A stretch of DNA of 64,000 nucleotides, taken from contig OZ024741.1 of the NCBI GenBank assembly GCA_964016885.1, positions 261,268,001-261,332,000 of the forward strand. The letters are read 5' to 3'. The DNA comes from Eledone cirrhosa. Its lineage: Eukaryota. Shown one piece after another: positions 1 to 12,475 of this stretch. The position numbers were made by a program, and so were the translations under genes. Below the pieces are notes generated by a model that made no database searches, was not told the origin of the DNA, and saw only the letters and a program-made list of their open reading frames with translations. Each line of letters begins with the position of its first letter. Position 1 is the first letter of the stretch.

Positions 1-3000
1 GAGTGCTTCGGCTTACGAGTGTTTCGACTTACGAGTATTTCGGCTTACGAGTGTTTCGACGTACGAATGTTTTGGCTTACGAGTGTTTCGGCTTATGAGT
101 ATTTCGGCTTACGAGTGTTTCGACTTACGAGTGTTTCGGCTTACGAGTGTTTCAGTGTTTCGGCTTACGTGTGTTTCGACTTACGAGTGTTTCGACTTAC
201 GACTGTTTCGGCTTACGAGTGTTTCGGCTTACGAGTGTTTCGGCTTACGAGTGTTTTGACTTACGAGTGTTTTGACTTACGATTGTTTGGCTTACGAGTG
301 TTCTGACTTACGGGTGTTCTGACTTACGAGTGTTCCGACTTACGAGTGTTTCGGCTTATGAGGGTTTCGACTTACGAGTGCTTCGGCTTACGAGTGTTTC
401 GACTTACGAGTGTTTCGGCTTACGAGTGTTTCGACTTACGAGTGTTTCGACTTACGAGTGTTTTGACTTACGGTGTTTCGGCTTACGAGTATTTCGACAT
501 ACGAGTGTTTTGACGTACGGGTGTTTCGACTTACGGGTCTTTCGACTTAAGAGTGTTTCGACATACGAGCGATTCGACTTACGAGTGTTTCGACTTACGA
601 GTGTTTCGGCGTATGAGTGTTTTGACTTACGAGTGTTTCGACTTACGAGTGTTTCGACTTACGAGTGTTTTGACTTACGGTGTTTCTGCTTACGAGTGTT
701 TCGACTTACGAGTGTTATGACTTACGGGTGTTTTGACATACGAGTGTTTCGACTTACGAGTGTTCTGACTTACGGGTGTTTTGACATACGAGTGTTTCGA
801 TACGAGTGTTCTGACTTACGAGTGTTCTGACTTACGAGTGTTCTGACTTAGAGTGTTTCGACATACGAGTGTTTTGACTTACGGGTGTTTCGACTTACGA
901 GTGTTTTGACTTACGAATGTTTTGACTTACGGGTGTTTCGGCTTACGAGTGTTTCGACTTACGAGTGTTTCGGCTTACGAGTGTTTCGACTTACTAATGT
1001 TTTTAAAACGAGTGTTTCGGCGTACGAGAGTTTTGACTTACGAGTGTTTCGACTTACGAGTGTTTCGACTTACGAGTATTTTGACTTACGAATGTTTTGA
1101 CTTACGGGTGTTTCGGCTTACGAGTGTTTCGACTTACTAATGTTTTTACTTACGAGTGTTTCGGCGTACGAGTGTTTCGGCTTACGAGTGTTTCGACTTA
1201 CGGTTGTTTTGACTTACGGGTGTTTCGGCTTACGAGTGTTTTGACTTACGAGTGTTTTGACTTAAGGGTGTTTCGACTTACGAGTATTTTTGGCTTACGA
1301 GTGTTTCGACTTACGAGTGTTTTGACTTACGAGTGTTCTGATTTACGGATGTTTCGACATACGAGTGTTTCGACTTACGAGTGTTTCGACTTATGAGTGT
1401 TTCGACTTACGAGTGTTTCGACTTACGAGTGTTTCGGCTTATGATTGTTTCGACTTACGAGTGTTTTGACTTACGGTGTTTCAGCTTACGAGTGTTTCGA
1501 CTTACGAGTGTTTTGACTTACGGGTGTTTTGACATACGAGTGTTTCGATACGAGTGTTCTGACTTACGAGTGTTCTGACTTACGAGTGTTTTGACTTACG
1601 AGTGTTCTGACTTACGAGTGTTCCGACTTACGAGTGTTCCGACTTACGAGTGTTTCGGCTTACGAGTGTTTCCGGCTTACGAGTGTTTCGACTTACGAGT
1701 GTTTTGACTTACGGTGTTTCGGCTTACGAGTGTTTTGACTTACGAGTGTTTTGACTTAAGGGTGTTTTGACATACGAGTGTTTCGATACGAGTGTTCTGA
1801 CTTACGGGTGTTCTGACTTACGAGTGTTCTGACTTACGAGTGGTCTGACTTACGGGTGTTCTTACTTACGAGTGTTCCGACTTACGAGTGTTTCAGCTTA
1901 TGAGTGTTTCGACTTACGAGTGCTTCGGTTTACGAGTGTTTCGACTTACGAGTGTTTCGGCATACGAGTGTTTCGACTTACGAATGTTTTGGCTTACGAG
2001 TGTTCTGACTTACGAGTGTTCCGACTTACGACTGTTTCGACTTACGAGTGTTTCGACTTACGAGTATTCTGACTTACGAGTGTTTCGACTTACGAGTGTT
2101 TTGAATTACGATTGTTTTGGCTTACGAGTGTTTCGACTTACGAGTATTTCGACTTACGAGTTTTTTTACTTACGGTGTTTCGGCTTACGAGTGTTTCGAC
2201 TTACGAGTGTTTTGACTTACGGGTGTTTTGACATACGAGTGTTTCGATACGAGTGCTCTGACTTACGAGTGTTCTGACTTACGAGTGTTCTGACTTACGA
2301 GTGTTCTGACTTACGGGTGTTCTGACTTACGTGTTCCGACTTACGAGTGTTTCGGTTATGGGTGTTTCGACTTACGAGTGTTTCGACTTACGAATGTTTT
2401 GGCTTATGAGTGTTTCGGCTTACGGGTGTTTCGACTTACGAGTGTTTCGACTTACGAGTGTTTTGACTTACGGTGTTTCGGCTTACGATTTTATCGACAT
2501 ACGAGTGTTTCGACTTACGGGTGTTTCGACTTACGGGTGTTTCGACTTACGAGTGTTTCGACTTATGAGTGTTTCGACTTACGAGTGTTCTGACTTACGA
2601 GTGTTCTGACTTACGAGTGTTCCGACTTACGAGTGTTTCGGTTTACGAGTGTTTCGACATACTAGTGTTTTGACTTACGGGTGTTTCGACTTACGGGTGT
2701 TTCGACTTACGAGTGTTTCGGCTTACGAGTGTTTCGACTTACTAATGTTTTTACTTACGAGTGTTTCGGTGTACGAGTGTTTCGACTTAAGGATGTTTCG
2801 ACTTGCGAGTGTTTCGACTTACGTGTGTTTCGGCTTACGTGAGTTTCGACTTAAGAGTGTTCTGATTTACGAGTGTTCTGACTTGCGGGTGTTCTGATTT
2901 ACGAGTGTTCCGACTTACGAGTGTTTCGGCTTATGAGTGTTTCGACTTACGAGTGTTTCGGCTTACGAGTGTTTCGACTTATGGGTGTTTCGACTTACGA

Positions 3001-4922
3001 GTGTTTTTACTTACGGTGTTTCGGCTTACGAGTGTTTCGACATACGAGTGTTCAGACTTACGAGTGTTCCGACTTACGAGCGTTCCGACTTACAAGTGTT
3101 TCGATTACGAGTGTTAAGACTTACGGGTGTTTTGACATACGAGTGTTTCGATACGTGTGTTTCGACTTACGAGTGTTACGAGTGTTCTGACTTACGAGTG
3201 TTCTGACTTACGAGTGTTCTGACTTACGAGTGTTCTGACTTACGAGTGTTCTGACTTACGAGTGTTCTGACTTACGAGCGTTCTGACTTACGAGTGTTCC
3301 GACTTACGAGTGTTTCGGCTTACGAGTGTTTTGACTTACGAGTGTTCTGACTTACGAGTGTTCCGACTTACGAGCGTTCCGACTTACGAGTGTTTCGGCT
3401 TACAAGTGTTCCGACTTACGAGTGTTTCGACTTACGAGTGTTTTGACTTACGGTGTTTCTGCTTACGAGTGTTTCGACTTACGAGTGTTAAGACTTACGG
3501 GTGTTTTGACATACGAGTGTTTCGATACGAGTGTTTCGACTTACGAGTGTTACGAGTGTTCTGACTTACGAGTGTTTCGACTTACGATTGTTTTTTCACT
3601 TACGGGTGTTTCGACTTACGCGTGTTTCGACTTAAGGATGTTTCGACTTGCGAGTGTTTCGACTTACGTGTGTTTCGGCTTACGTGAGTTTCGACTTAAG
3701 AGTGTTCTTATTTACGAGTGTTCTGACTTGCGGGTGTTCTGATTTACGAGTGTTCCGACTTACGAGTGTTTCGACTTACGAGTGTTTCGACTTACGGGTG
3801 TTCCGACTTACGAGTGTTTCGGCTTACGATTGTTTCGACTTACGAGTGTTTCGGTTTACGAGTGTTTCGACTTACGGGTGTTTTGACTTACGATTGTTTG
3901 GGCTTACGAATGTTTCGACTTACGAGTGTTTCGACTTTCGAGTGTTTTGACTTACGGTGTTTCGGCTTACGAGTGTTTTGACTTACGAGTGTTTTGACTT
4001 ACGGGTGTTTTGACATACGAGTGTTTCGATACGAGTGTTCTGACTTACGAGTGTTCTGAGTTACGAGTGTTCTGACTTACGAGTGTTCTGACTTACGAGT
4101 GGTCTGACTTACGGGTGTTCTGACTTACGAGTGTTCCGACTTACGAGTGTTTCAGCTTATGAGTGTTTCGACTTACGAGTGCTTCGGTTTACGAGTGTTT
4201 CGACTTACGAGTGTTTCGGCTTACGAGTGTTTCGACTTACGAATGTTTTGGCTTACGAGTGTTTCGGCTTACGAGTGTTTCGGCTTATGAGTGTTTCGAC
4301 TTACGAGTGTTTTGACTTATGGTGTTTCGGCTTACGAGTGTTTCGACATACGAGTGTTTTGACTTACGGGGGTTTCGACTTACGGGTGTTTCGACGTAAG
4401 AGTGTTTCGACTTACGTCGCTTCGACTTACGAGTGTTTCGACTTACGAGTGTTTCGGCGTACGAGTGTTTTAACTTACGAGTGTTTCGACTTACGAGGGC
4501 TTTGACTTACGAATGTTTTGAATTACTTCGACTTACGAGTGATCTGACTTACGAGTGTTCCTACTTACGAGTGTTTCGACTTACGAGTGTTTCGACTTGC
4601 GAGTGTTTCGACTTACGAGTGTTTCGACTTACGAGTGTTCTGACTTACGAGTGTTCTGACTTACGAGTGTTCTGACTTAGGAGTGTTCCGACTTACGAAT
4701 GTTTCGACTTACGAGTGTTTTGACTTACGAATGTTCTGACTTACGGGTGTTTCGCCTTACGAGTGTTTCGACTTACGAGTGTTTTAACTTACGGGTGTTT
4801 CGACTTACGCGTGTTTCGACTTACAAGTGTTTCGACTTACGAGTGTTTCGACTTACGAATGTTCCGACTTACGAGTGTTTCGACTTACGAGTGTTTCGGC
4901 TTACGAGTGTTTCGACTTACGA

Positions 4923-4991
4923 AAATAACAAGTAGACGCGGTTTCAAATATCTATGCTTTTCAAATTCATTACATTAATCTTTATTTATAC
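4923..4991. repeat. 69-bp AT-rich non-monomer segment, allele A, copy 1
   Basis: AAATAACAAGTAGACGCGGTTTCAAATATCTATGCTTTTCAAATTCATTACATTAATCTTTATTTATAC between GACTTACGA and GTTTCGCTTTACG; 17/69 G+C. Confidence 0.95.
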
Positions 4992-5558
4992 GTTTCGCTT
5001 TACGAGTGTTTCGGCGTACGAGTGTTTCGACTTACGAGTGTTTTAACTTACGGTTGTTTCGACTTACGCGTTTTTCGACTACGAATGTTCCGACTTACGA
5101 GTGTTTCGACTTACGAGTGTTTCGACTTACGAGTGCTTTGACTTACGAATGTTTTGACTTACTTCGACTTACGAGTGATCTGACTTACGAGTGTTCCTAT
5201 TTACGAGTGTTTCGACTTACGAGTGTTTCGACTTGCGAGTGTTTCGACTTACGAGTGTTTCGACTTACGAGTGTTCTGACTTACGAGTGTTCTGACTTAC
5301 GAGTGTTCTGACTTACGAGTGTTCCGACTTACGAATGTTTCGACTTACGAGTGTTTTGACTTACGAATGTTCTGACTTACGGGTGTTTCGCCTTACGAGT
5401 GTTTCGACTTACGAGTGTTTTAACTTACGGGTGTTTCGACTTACGCGTGTTTCGACTTACGAGTGTTTCGACTTACGAGTGTTTCGACTTACGAATGTTC
5501 CGACTTACGAGTGTTTCGACTTACGAGTGTTTCGGCTTACGAGTGTTTCGACTTACGA

Positions 5559-5627
5559 AAATAACAAGTAGACGCGGTTTCAAATATCTATGCTTTTCAA
5601 ATTCATTACATTAATCTTTATTTATAC
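5559..5627. repeat. 69-bp AT-rich segment, allele A, copy 2
   Basis: Identical to 4923-4991, offset +636. Confidence 0.95.
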
Positions 5628-5986
5628 GTTTCGCTTTACGAGTGTTTCGGCGTACGAGTGTTTCGACTTACGAGTGTTTTAACTTACGGTTGTTTCGACT
5701 TACGCGTTTTTCGACTACGAATGTTCCGACTTACGAGTGTTTCGACTTACGAGTGTTTCGACTTACGAGTGCTTTGACTTACGAATGTTTTGACTTACTT
5801 CGACTTACGAGTGATCTGACTTACGAGTGTTCCTACTTACGAGTGTTTCGACTTACGAGTGTTTCGACTTGTGAGTGTTTCGACTTACGAGTGTTTCGAC
5901 TTACGAGTGTTTCGACTTACGAATGTTCCGACTTACGAGTGTTTCGACTTACGAGTGTTTCGGCTTACGAGTGTTTCGACTTACGA

Positions 5987-6055
5987 AAATAACAAGTAGA
6001 CGCGGTTTCAAATATCTATGCTTTTCAAATTCATTACATTAATCTTTATTTATAC
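5987..6055. repeat. 69-bp AT-rich segment, allele A, copy 3
   Basis: Identical, +428 from the previous copy. Confidence 0.95.
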
Positions 6056-9000
6056 GTTTCGCTTTACGAGTGTTTCGGCGTACGAGTGTTTCGACTTACG
6101 AGTGTTTTAACTTACGGTTGTTTCGACTTACGCGTTTTTCGACTACGAATGTTCCGACTTACGAGTGTTTCGACTTACGAGTGTTTCGACTTACGAGTGC
6201 TTTGACTTACGAATGTTTTGACTTACTTCGACTTACGAGTGATCTGACTTACGAGTGTTCCTACTTACGAGTGTTTCGACTTACGAGTGTTTCGACTTGC
6301 GAGTGTTTCGACTTACGAGTGTTTCTGCTTACGAGTGTTTCGGTGTTTCGGCTTACGTGTGTTTCGACTTACGAGTGTTTCGACTTACGAGTGTTTCGGC
6401 TTATGAGTGTTTCGACTTACGAGTGCTTCGGCTTACGAGTGTTTCGACTTACGAGTATTTCGGCTTACGAGTGTTTCGACGTACGAATGTTTTGGCTTAC
6501 GAGTGTTTCGGCTTATGAGTATTTCGGCTTACGAGTGTTTCGACTTACGAGTGTTTCGGCTTACGAGTGTTTCAGTGTTTCGGCTTACGTGTGTTTCGAC
6601 TTACGAGTGTTTCGACTTACGACTGTTTCGGCTTACGAGTGTTTCGGCTTACGAGTGTTTCGGCTTACGAGTGTTTTGACTTACGAGTGTTTTGACTTAC
6701 GATTGTTTGGCTTACGAGTGTTCTGACTTACGGGTGTTCTGACTTACGAGTGTTCCGACTTACGAGTGTTTCGGCTTATGAGGGTTTCGACTTACGAGTG
6801 CTTCGGCTTACGAGTGTTTCGACTTACGAGTGTTTCGGCTTACGAGTGTTTCGACTTACGAGTGTTTCGACTTACGAGTGTTTTGACTTACGGTGTTTCG
6901 GCTTACGAGTATTTCGACATACGAGTGTTTTGACGTACGGGTGTTTCGACTTACGGGTCTTTCGACTTAAGAGTGTTTCGACATACGAGCGATTCGACTT
7001 ACGAGTGTTTCGACTTACGAGTGTTTCGGCGTATGAGTGTTTTGACTTACGAGTGTTTCGACTTACGAGTGTTTCGACTTACGAGTGTTTTGACTTACGG
7101 TGTTTCTGCTTACGAGTGTTTCGACTTACGAGTGTTATGACTTACGGGTGTTTTGACATACGAGTGTTTCGACTTACGAGTGTTCTGACTTACGGGTGTT
7201 TTGACATACGAGTGTTTCGATACGAGTGTTCTGACTTACGAGTGTTCTGACTTACGAGTGTTCTGACTTAGAGTGTTTCGACATACGAGTGTTTTGACTT
7301 ACGGGTGTTTCGACTTACGAGTGTTTTGACTTACGAATGTTTTGACTTACGGGTGTTTCGGCTTACGAGTGTTTCGACTTACGAGTGTTTCGGCTTACGA
7401 GTGTTTCGACTTACTAATGTTTTTAAAACGAGTGTTTCGGCGTACGAGAGTTTTGACTTACGAGTGTTTCGACTTACGAGTGTTTCGACTTACGAGTATT
7501 TTGACTTACGAATGTTTTGACTTACGGGTGTTTCGGCTTACGAGTGTTTCGACTTACTAATGTTTTTACTTACGAGTGTTTCGGCGTACGAGTGTTTCGG
7601 CTTACGAGTGTTTCGACTTACGGTTGTTTTGACTTACGGGTGTTTCGGCTTACGAGTGTTTTGACTTACGAGTGTTTTGACTTAAGGGTGTTTCGACTTA
7701 CGAGTATTTTTGGCTTACGAGTGTTTCGACTTACGAGTGTTTTGACTTACGAGTGTTCTGATTTACGGATGTTTCGACATACGAGTGTTTCGACTTACGA
7801 GTGTTTCGACTTATGAGTGTTTCGACTTACGAGTGTTTCGACTTACGAGTGTTTCGGCTTATGATTGTTTCGACTTACGAGTGTTTTGACTTACGGTGTT
7901 TCAGCTTACGAGTGTTTCGACTTACGAGTGTTTTGACTTACGGGTGTTTTGACATACGAGTGTTTCGATACGAGTGTTCTGACTTACGAGTGTTCTGACT
8001 TACGAGTGTTTTGACTTACGAGTGTTCTGACTTACGAGTGTTCCGACTTACGAGTGTTCCGACTTACGAGTGTTTCGGCTTACGAGTGTTTCCGGCTTAC
8101 GAGTGTTTCGACTTACGAGTGTTTTGACTTACGGTGTTTCGGCTTACGAGTGTTTTGACTTACGAGTGTTTTGACTTAAGGGTGTTTTGACATACGAGTG
8201 TTTCGATACGAGTGTTCTGACTTACGGGTGTTCTGACTTACGAGTGTTCTGACTTACGAGTGGTCTGACTTACGGGTGTTCTTACTTACGAGTGTTCCGA
8301 CTTACGAGTGTTTCAGCTTATGAGTGTTTCGACTTACGAGTGCTTCGGTTTACGAGTGTTTCGACTTACGAGTGTTTCGGCATACGAGTGTTTCGACTTA
8401 CGAATGTTTTGGCTTACGAGTGTTCTGACTTACGAGTGTTCCGACTTACGACTGTTTCGACTTACGAGTGTTTCGACTTACGAGTATTCTGACTTACGAG
8501 TGTTTCGACTTACGAGTGTTTTGAATTACGATTGTTTTGGCTTACGAGTGTTTCGACTTACGAGTATTTCGACTTACGAGTTTTTTTACTTACGGTGTTT
8601 CGGCTTACGAGTGTTTCGACTTACGAGTGTTTTGACTTACGGGTGTTTTGACATACGAGTGTTTCGATACGAGTGCTCTGACTTACGAGTGTTCTGACTT
8701 ACGAGTGTTCTGACTTACGAGTGTTCTGACTTACGGGTGTTCTGACTTACGTGTTCCGACTTACGAGTGTTTCGGTTATGGGTGTTTCGACTTACGAGTG
8801 TTTCGACTTACGAATGTTTTGGCTTATGAGTGTTTCGGCTTACGGGTGTTTCGACTTACGAGTGTTTCGACTTACGAGTGTTTTGACTTACGGTGTTTCG
8901 GCTTACGATTTTATCGACATACGAGTGTTTCGACTTACGGGTGTTTCGACTTACGGGTGTTTCGACTTACGAGTGTTTCGACTTATGAGTGTTTCGACTT

Positions 9001-11342
9001 ACGAGTGTTCTGACTTACGAGTGTTCTGACTTACGAGTGTTCCGACTTACGAGTGTTTCGGTTTACGAGTGTTTCGACATACTAGTGTTTTGACTTACGG
9101 GTGTTTCGACTTACGGGTGTTTCGACTTACGAGTGTTTCGGCTTACGAGTGTTTCGACTTACTAATGTTTTTACTTACGAGTGTTTCGGTGTACGAGTGT
9201 TTCGACTTAAGGATGTTTCGACTTGCGAGTGTTTCGACTTACGTGTGTTTCGGCTTACGTGAGTTTCGACTTAAGAGTGTTCTGATTTACGAGTGTTCTG
9301 ACTTGCGGGTGTTCTGATTTACGAGTGTTCCGACTTACGAGTGTTTCGGCTTATGAGTGTTTCGACTTACGAGTGTTTCGGCTTACGAGTGTTTCGACTT
9401 ATGGGTGTTTCGACTTACGAGTGTTTTTACTTACGGTGTTTCGGCTTACGAGTGTTTCGACATACGAGTGTTCAGACTTACGAGTGTTCCGACTTACGAG
9501 CGTTCCGACTTACAAGTGTTTCGATTACGAGTGTTAAGACTTACGGGTGTTTTGACATACGAGTGTTTCGATACGTGTGTTTCGACTTACGAGTGTTACG
9601 AGTGTTCTGACTTACGAGTGTTCTGACTTACGAGTGTTCTGACTTACGAGTGTTCTGACTTACGAGTGTTCTGACTTACGAGTGTTCTGACTTACGAGCG
9701 TTCTGACTTACGAGTGTTCCGACTTACGAGTGTTTCGGCTTACGAGTGTTTTGACTTACGAGTGTTCTGACTTACGAGTGTTCCGACTTACGAGCGTTCC
9801 GACTTACGAGTGTTTCGGCTTACAAGTGTTCCGACTTACGAGTGTTTCGACTTACGAGTGTTTTGACTTACGGTGTTTCTGCTTACGAGTGTTTCGACTT
9901 ACGAGTGTTAAGACTTACGGGTGTTTTGACATACGAGTGTTTCGATACGAGTGTTTCGACTTACGAGTGTTACGAGTGTTCTGACTTACGAGTGTTTCGA
10001 CTTACGATTGTTTTTTCACTTACGGGTGTTTCGACTTACGCGTGTTTCGACTTAAGGATGTTTCGACTTGCGAGTGTTTCGACTTACGTGTGTTTCGGCT
10101 TACGTGAGTTTCGACTTAAGAGTGTTCTGATTTACGAGTGTTCTGACTTGCGGGTGTTCTGATTTACGAGTGTTCCGACTTACGAGTGTTTCGACTTACG
10201 AGTGTTTCGACTTACGGGTGTTCCGACTTACGAGTGTTTCGGCTTACGATTGTTTCGACTTACGAGTGTTTCGGTTTACGAGTGTTTCGACTTACGGGTG
10301 TTTTGACTTACGATTGTTTGGGCTTACGAATGTTTCGACTTACGAGTGTTTCGACTTTCGAGTGTTTTGACTTACGGTGTTTCGGCTTACGAGTGTTTTG
10401 ACTTACGAGTGTTTTGACTTACGGGTGTTTTGACATACGAGTGTTTCGATACGAGTGTTCTGACTTACGAGTGTTCTGAGTTACGAGTGTTCTGACTTAC
10501 GAGTGTTCTGACTTACGAGTGGTCTGACTTACGGGTGTTCTGACTTACGAGTGTTCCGACTTACGAGTGTTTCAGCTTATGAGTGTTTCGACTTACGAGT
10601 GCTTCGGTTTACGAGTGTTTCGACTTACGAGTGTTTCGGCTTACGAGTGTTTCGACTTACGAATGTTTTGGCTTACGAGTGTTTCGGCTTACGAGTGTTT
10701 CGGCTTATGAGTGTTTCGACTTACGAAAATTTTGACTTATGGTGTTTCGGCTTACGAGTGTTTCGACATACGAGTGTTTTGACTTACGGGGGTTTCGACT
10801 TACGGGTGTTTCGATGTAAGAGTGTTTCGACTTACGTCGCTTCGACTTACGAGTGTTTCGACTTACGAGTGTTTCGGCGTACGAGTGTTTTAACTTACGA
10901 GTGTTTCGACTTACGAGGGCTTTGACTTACGAATGTTTTGAATTACTTCGACTTACGAGTGATCTGACTTACGAGTGTTCCTACTTACGAGTGTTTCGAC
11001 TTACGAGTGTTTCGACTTGCGAGTGTTTCGACTTACGAGTGTTTCGACTTACGAGTGTTCTGACTTACGAGTGTTCTGACTTACGAGTGTTCTGACTTAG
11101 GAGTGTTCCGACTTACGAATGTTTCGACTTACGAGTGTTTTGACTTACGAATGTTCTGACTTACGGGTGTTTCGCCTTACGAGTGTTTCGACTTACGAGT
11201 GTTTTAACTTACGGGTGTTTCGACTTACGCGTGTTTCGACTTACGCGTGTTTCGACTTACGAGTGTTTCGACTTACGAATGTTCCGACTTACGAGTGTTT
11301 CGACTTACGAGTGTTTCGGCTTACGAGTGTTTCGACTTACGA

Positions 11343-11411
11343 AAATAACAAGTAGACGCGGTTTCAAATATCTATGCTTTTCAAATTCATTACATTAATC
11401 TTTATTTATAC
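11343..11411. repeat. 69-bp AT-rich segment, allele A, copy 4
   Basis: Identical; copy 1 +6420. Confidence 0.95.
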
Positions 11412-11978
11412 GTTTCGCTTTACGAGTGTTTCGGCGTACGAGTGTTTCGACTTACGAGTGTTTTAACTTACGGTTGTTTCGACTTACGCGTTTTTCGACT
11501 ACGAATGTTCCGACTTACGAGTGTTTCGACTTACGAGTGTTTCGACTTACGAGTGCTTTGACTTACGAATGTTTTGACTTACTTCGACTTACGAGTGATC
11601 TGACTTACGAGTGTTCCTATTTACGAGTGTTTCGACTTACGAGTGTTTCGACTTGCGAGTGTTTCGACTTACGAGTGTTTCGACTTACGAGTGTTCTGAC
11701 TTACGAGTGTTCTGACTTACGAGTGTTCTGACTTACGAGTGTTCCGACTTACGAATGTTTCGACTTACGAGTGTTTTGACTTACGAATGTTCTGACTTAC
11801 GGGTGTTTCGCCTTACGAGTGTTTCGACTTACGAGTGTTTTAACTTACGGGTGTTTCGACTTACGCGTGTTTCGACTTACGAGTGTTTCGACTTACGAGT
11901 GTTTCGACTTACGAATGTTCCGACTTACGAGTGTTTCGACTTACGAGTGTTTCGGCTTACGAGTGTTTCGACTTACGA

Positions 11979-12047
11979 AAATAACAAGTAGACGCGGTTT
12001 CAAATATCTATGCTTTTCAAATTCATTACATTAATCTTTATTTATAC
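11979..12047. repeat. 69-bp AT-rich segment, allele A, copy 5
   Basis: Identical; copy 2 +6420. Confidence 0.95.
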
Positions 12048-12406
12048 GTTTCGCTTTACGAGTGTTTCGGCGTACGAGTGTTTCGACTTACGAGTGTTTT
12101 AACTTACGGTTGTTTCGACTTACGCGTTTTTCGACTACGAATGTTCCGACTTACGAGTGTTTCGACTTACGAGTGTTTCGACTTACGAGTGCTTTGACTT
12201 ACGAATGTTTTGACTTACTTCGACTTACGAGTGATCTGACTTACGAGTGTTCCTACTTACGAGTGTTTCGACTTACGAGTGTTTCGACTTGTGAGTGTTT
12301 CGACTTACGAGTGTTTCGACTTACGAGTGTTTCGACTTACGAATGTTCCGACTTACGAGTGTTTCGACTTACGAGTGTTTCGGCTTACGAGTGTTTCGAC
12401 TTACGA

Positions 12407-12475
12407 AAATAACAAGTAGACGCGGTTTCAAATATCTATGCTTTTCAAATTCATTACATTAATCTTTATTTATAC
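12407..12475. repeat. 69-bp AT-rich segment, allele A, copy 6
   Basis: Identical; copy 3 +6420. Confidence 0.95.

Larger units (their letters stand above)
1..6420 (+). repeat. 6,420-bp higher-order repeat, copy 1 (phase set arbitrarily by window start)
   Basis: Sequence at 1 recurs at 6421 and 12841. ORF starts recur at +6420 (330/6750/13170; 4131/10551). Confidence 0.97.

Noticed and set aside
2509-2525. Canonical CENP-B box
   Set aside because: Spacing between the A and CGGG is 2 bp too short, so it is kept only as a resemblance in the findings.
4763-4978. ORF tail KITSRRGFKYLCFSNSLH read through the AT-rich segment
   Set aside because: Incidental read-through from the stop-free repeat; short and with no recognisable domain.
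4918-4992. AT-rich segment as an independently mobile mini-element (AAATAA/TTATTT ends, TACG as target-site duplication)
   Set aside because: The inverted match is only 6 bp of AT sequence, and removing one TACG plus the segment does not restore a normal monomer. Shared flanking marker monomers show spread by block duplication, not separate insertions.
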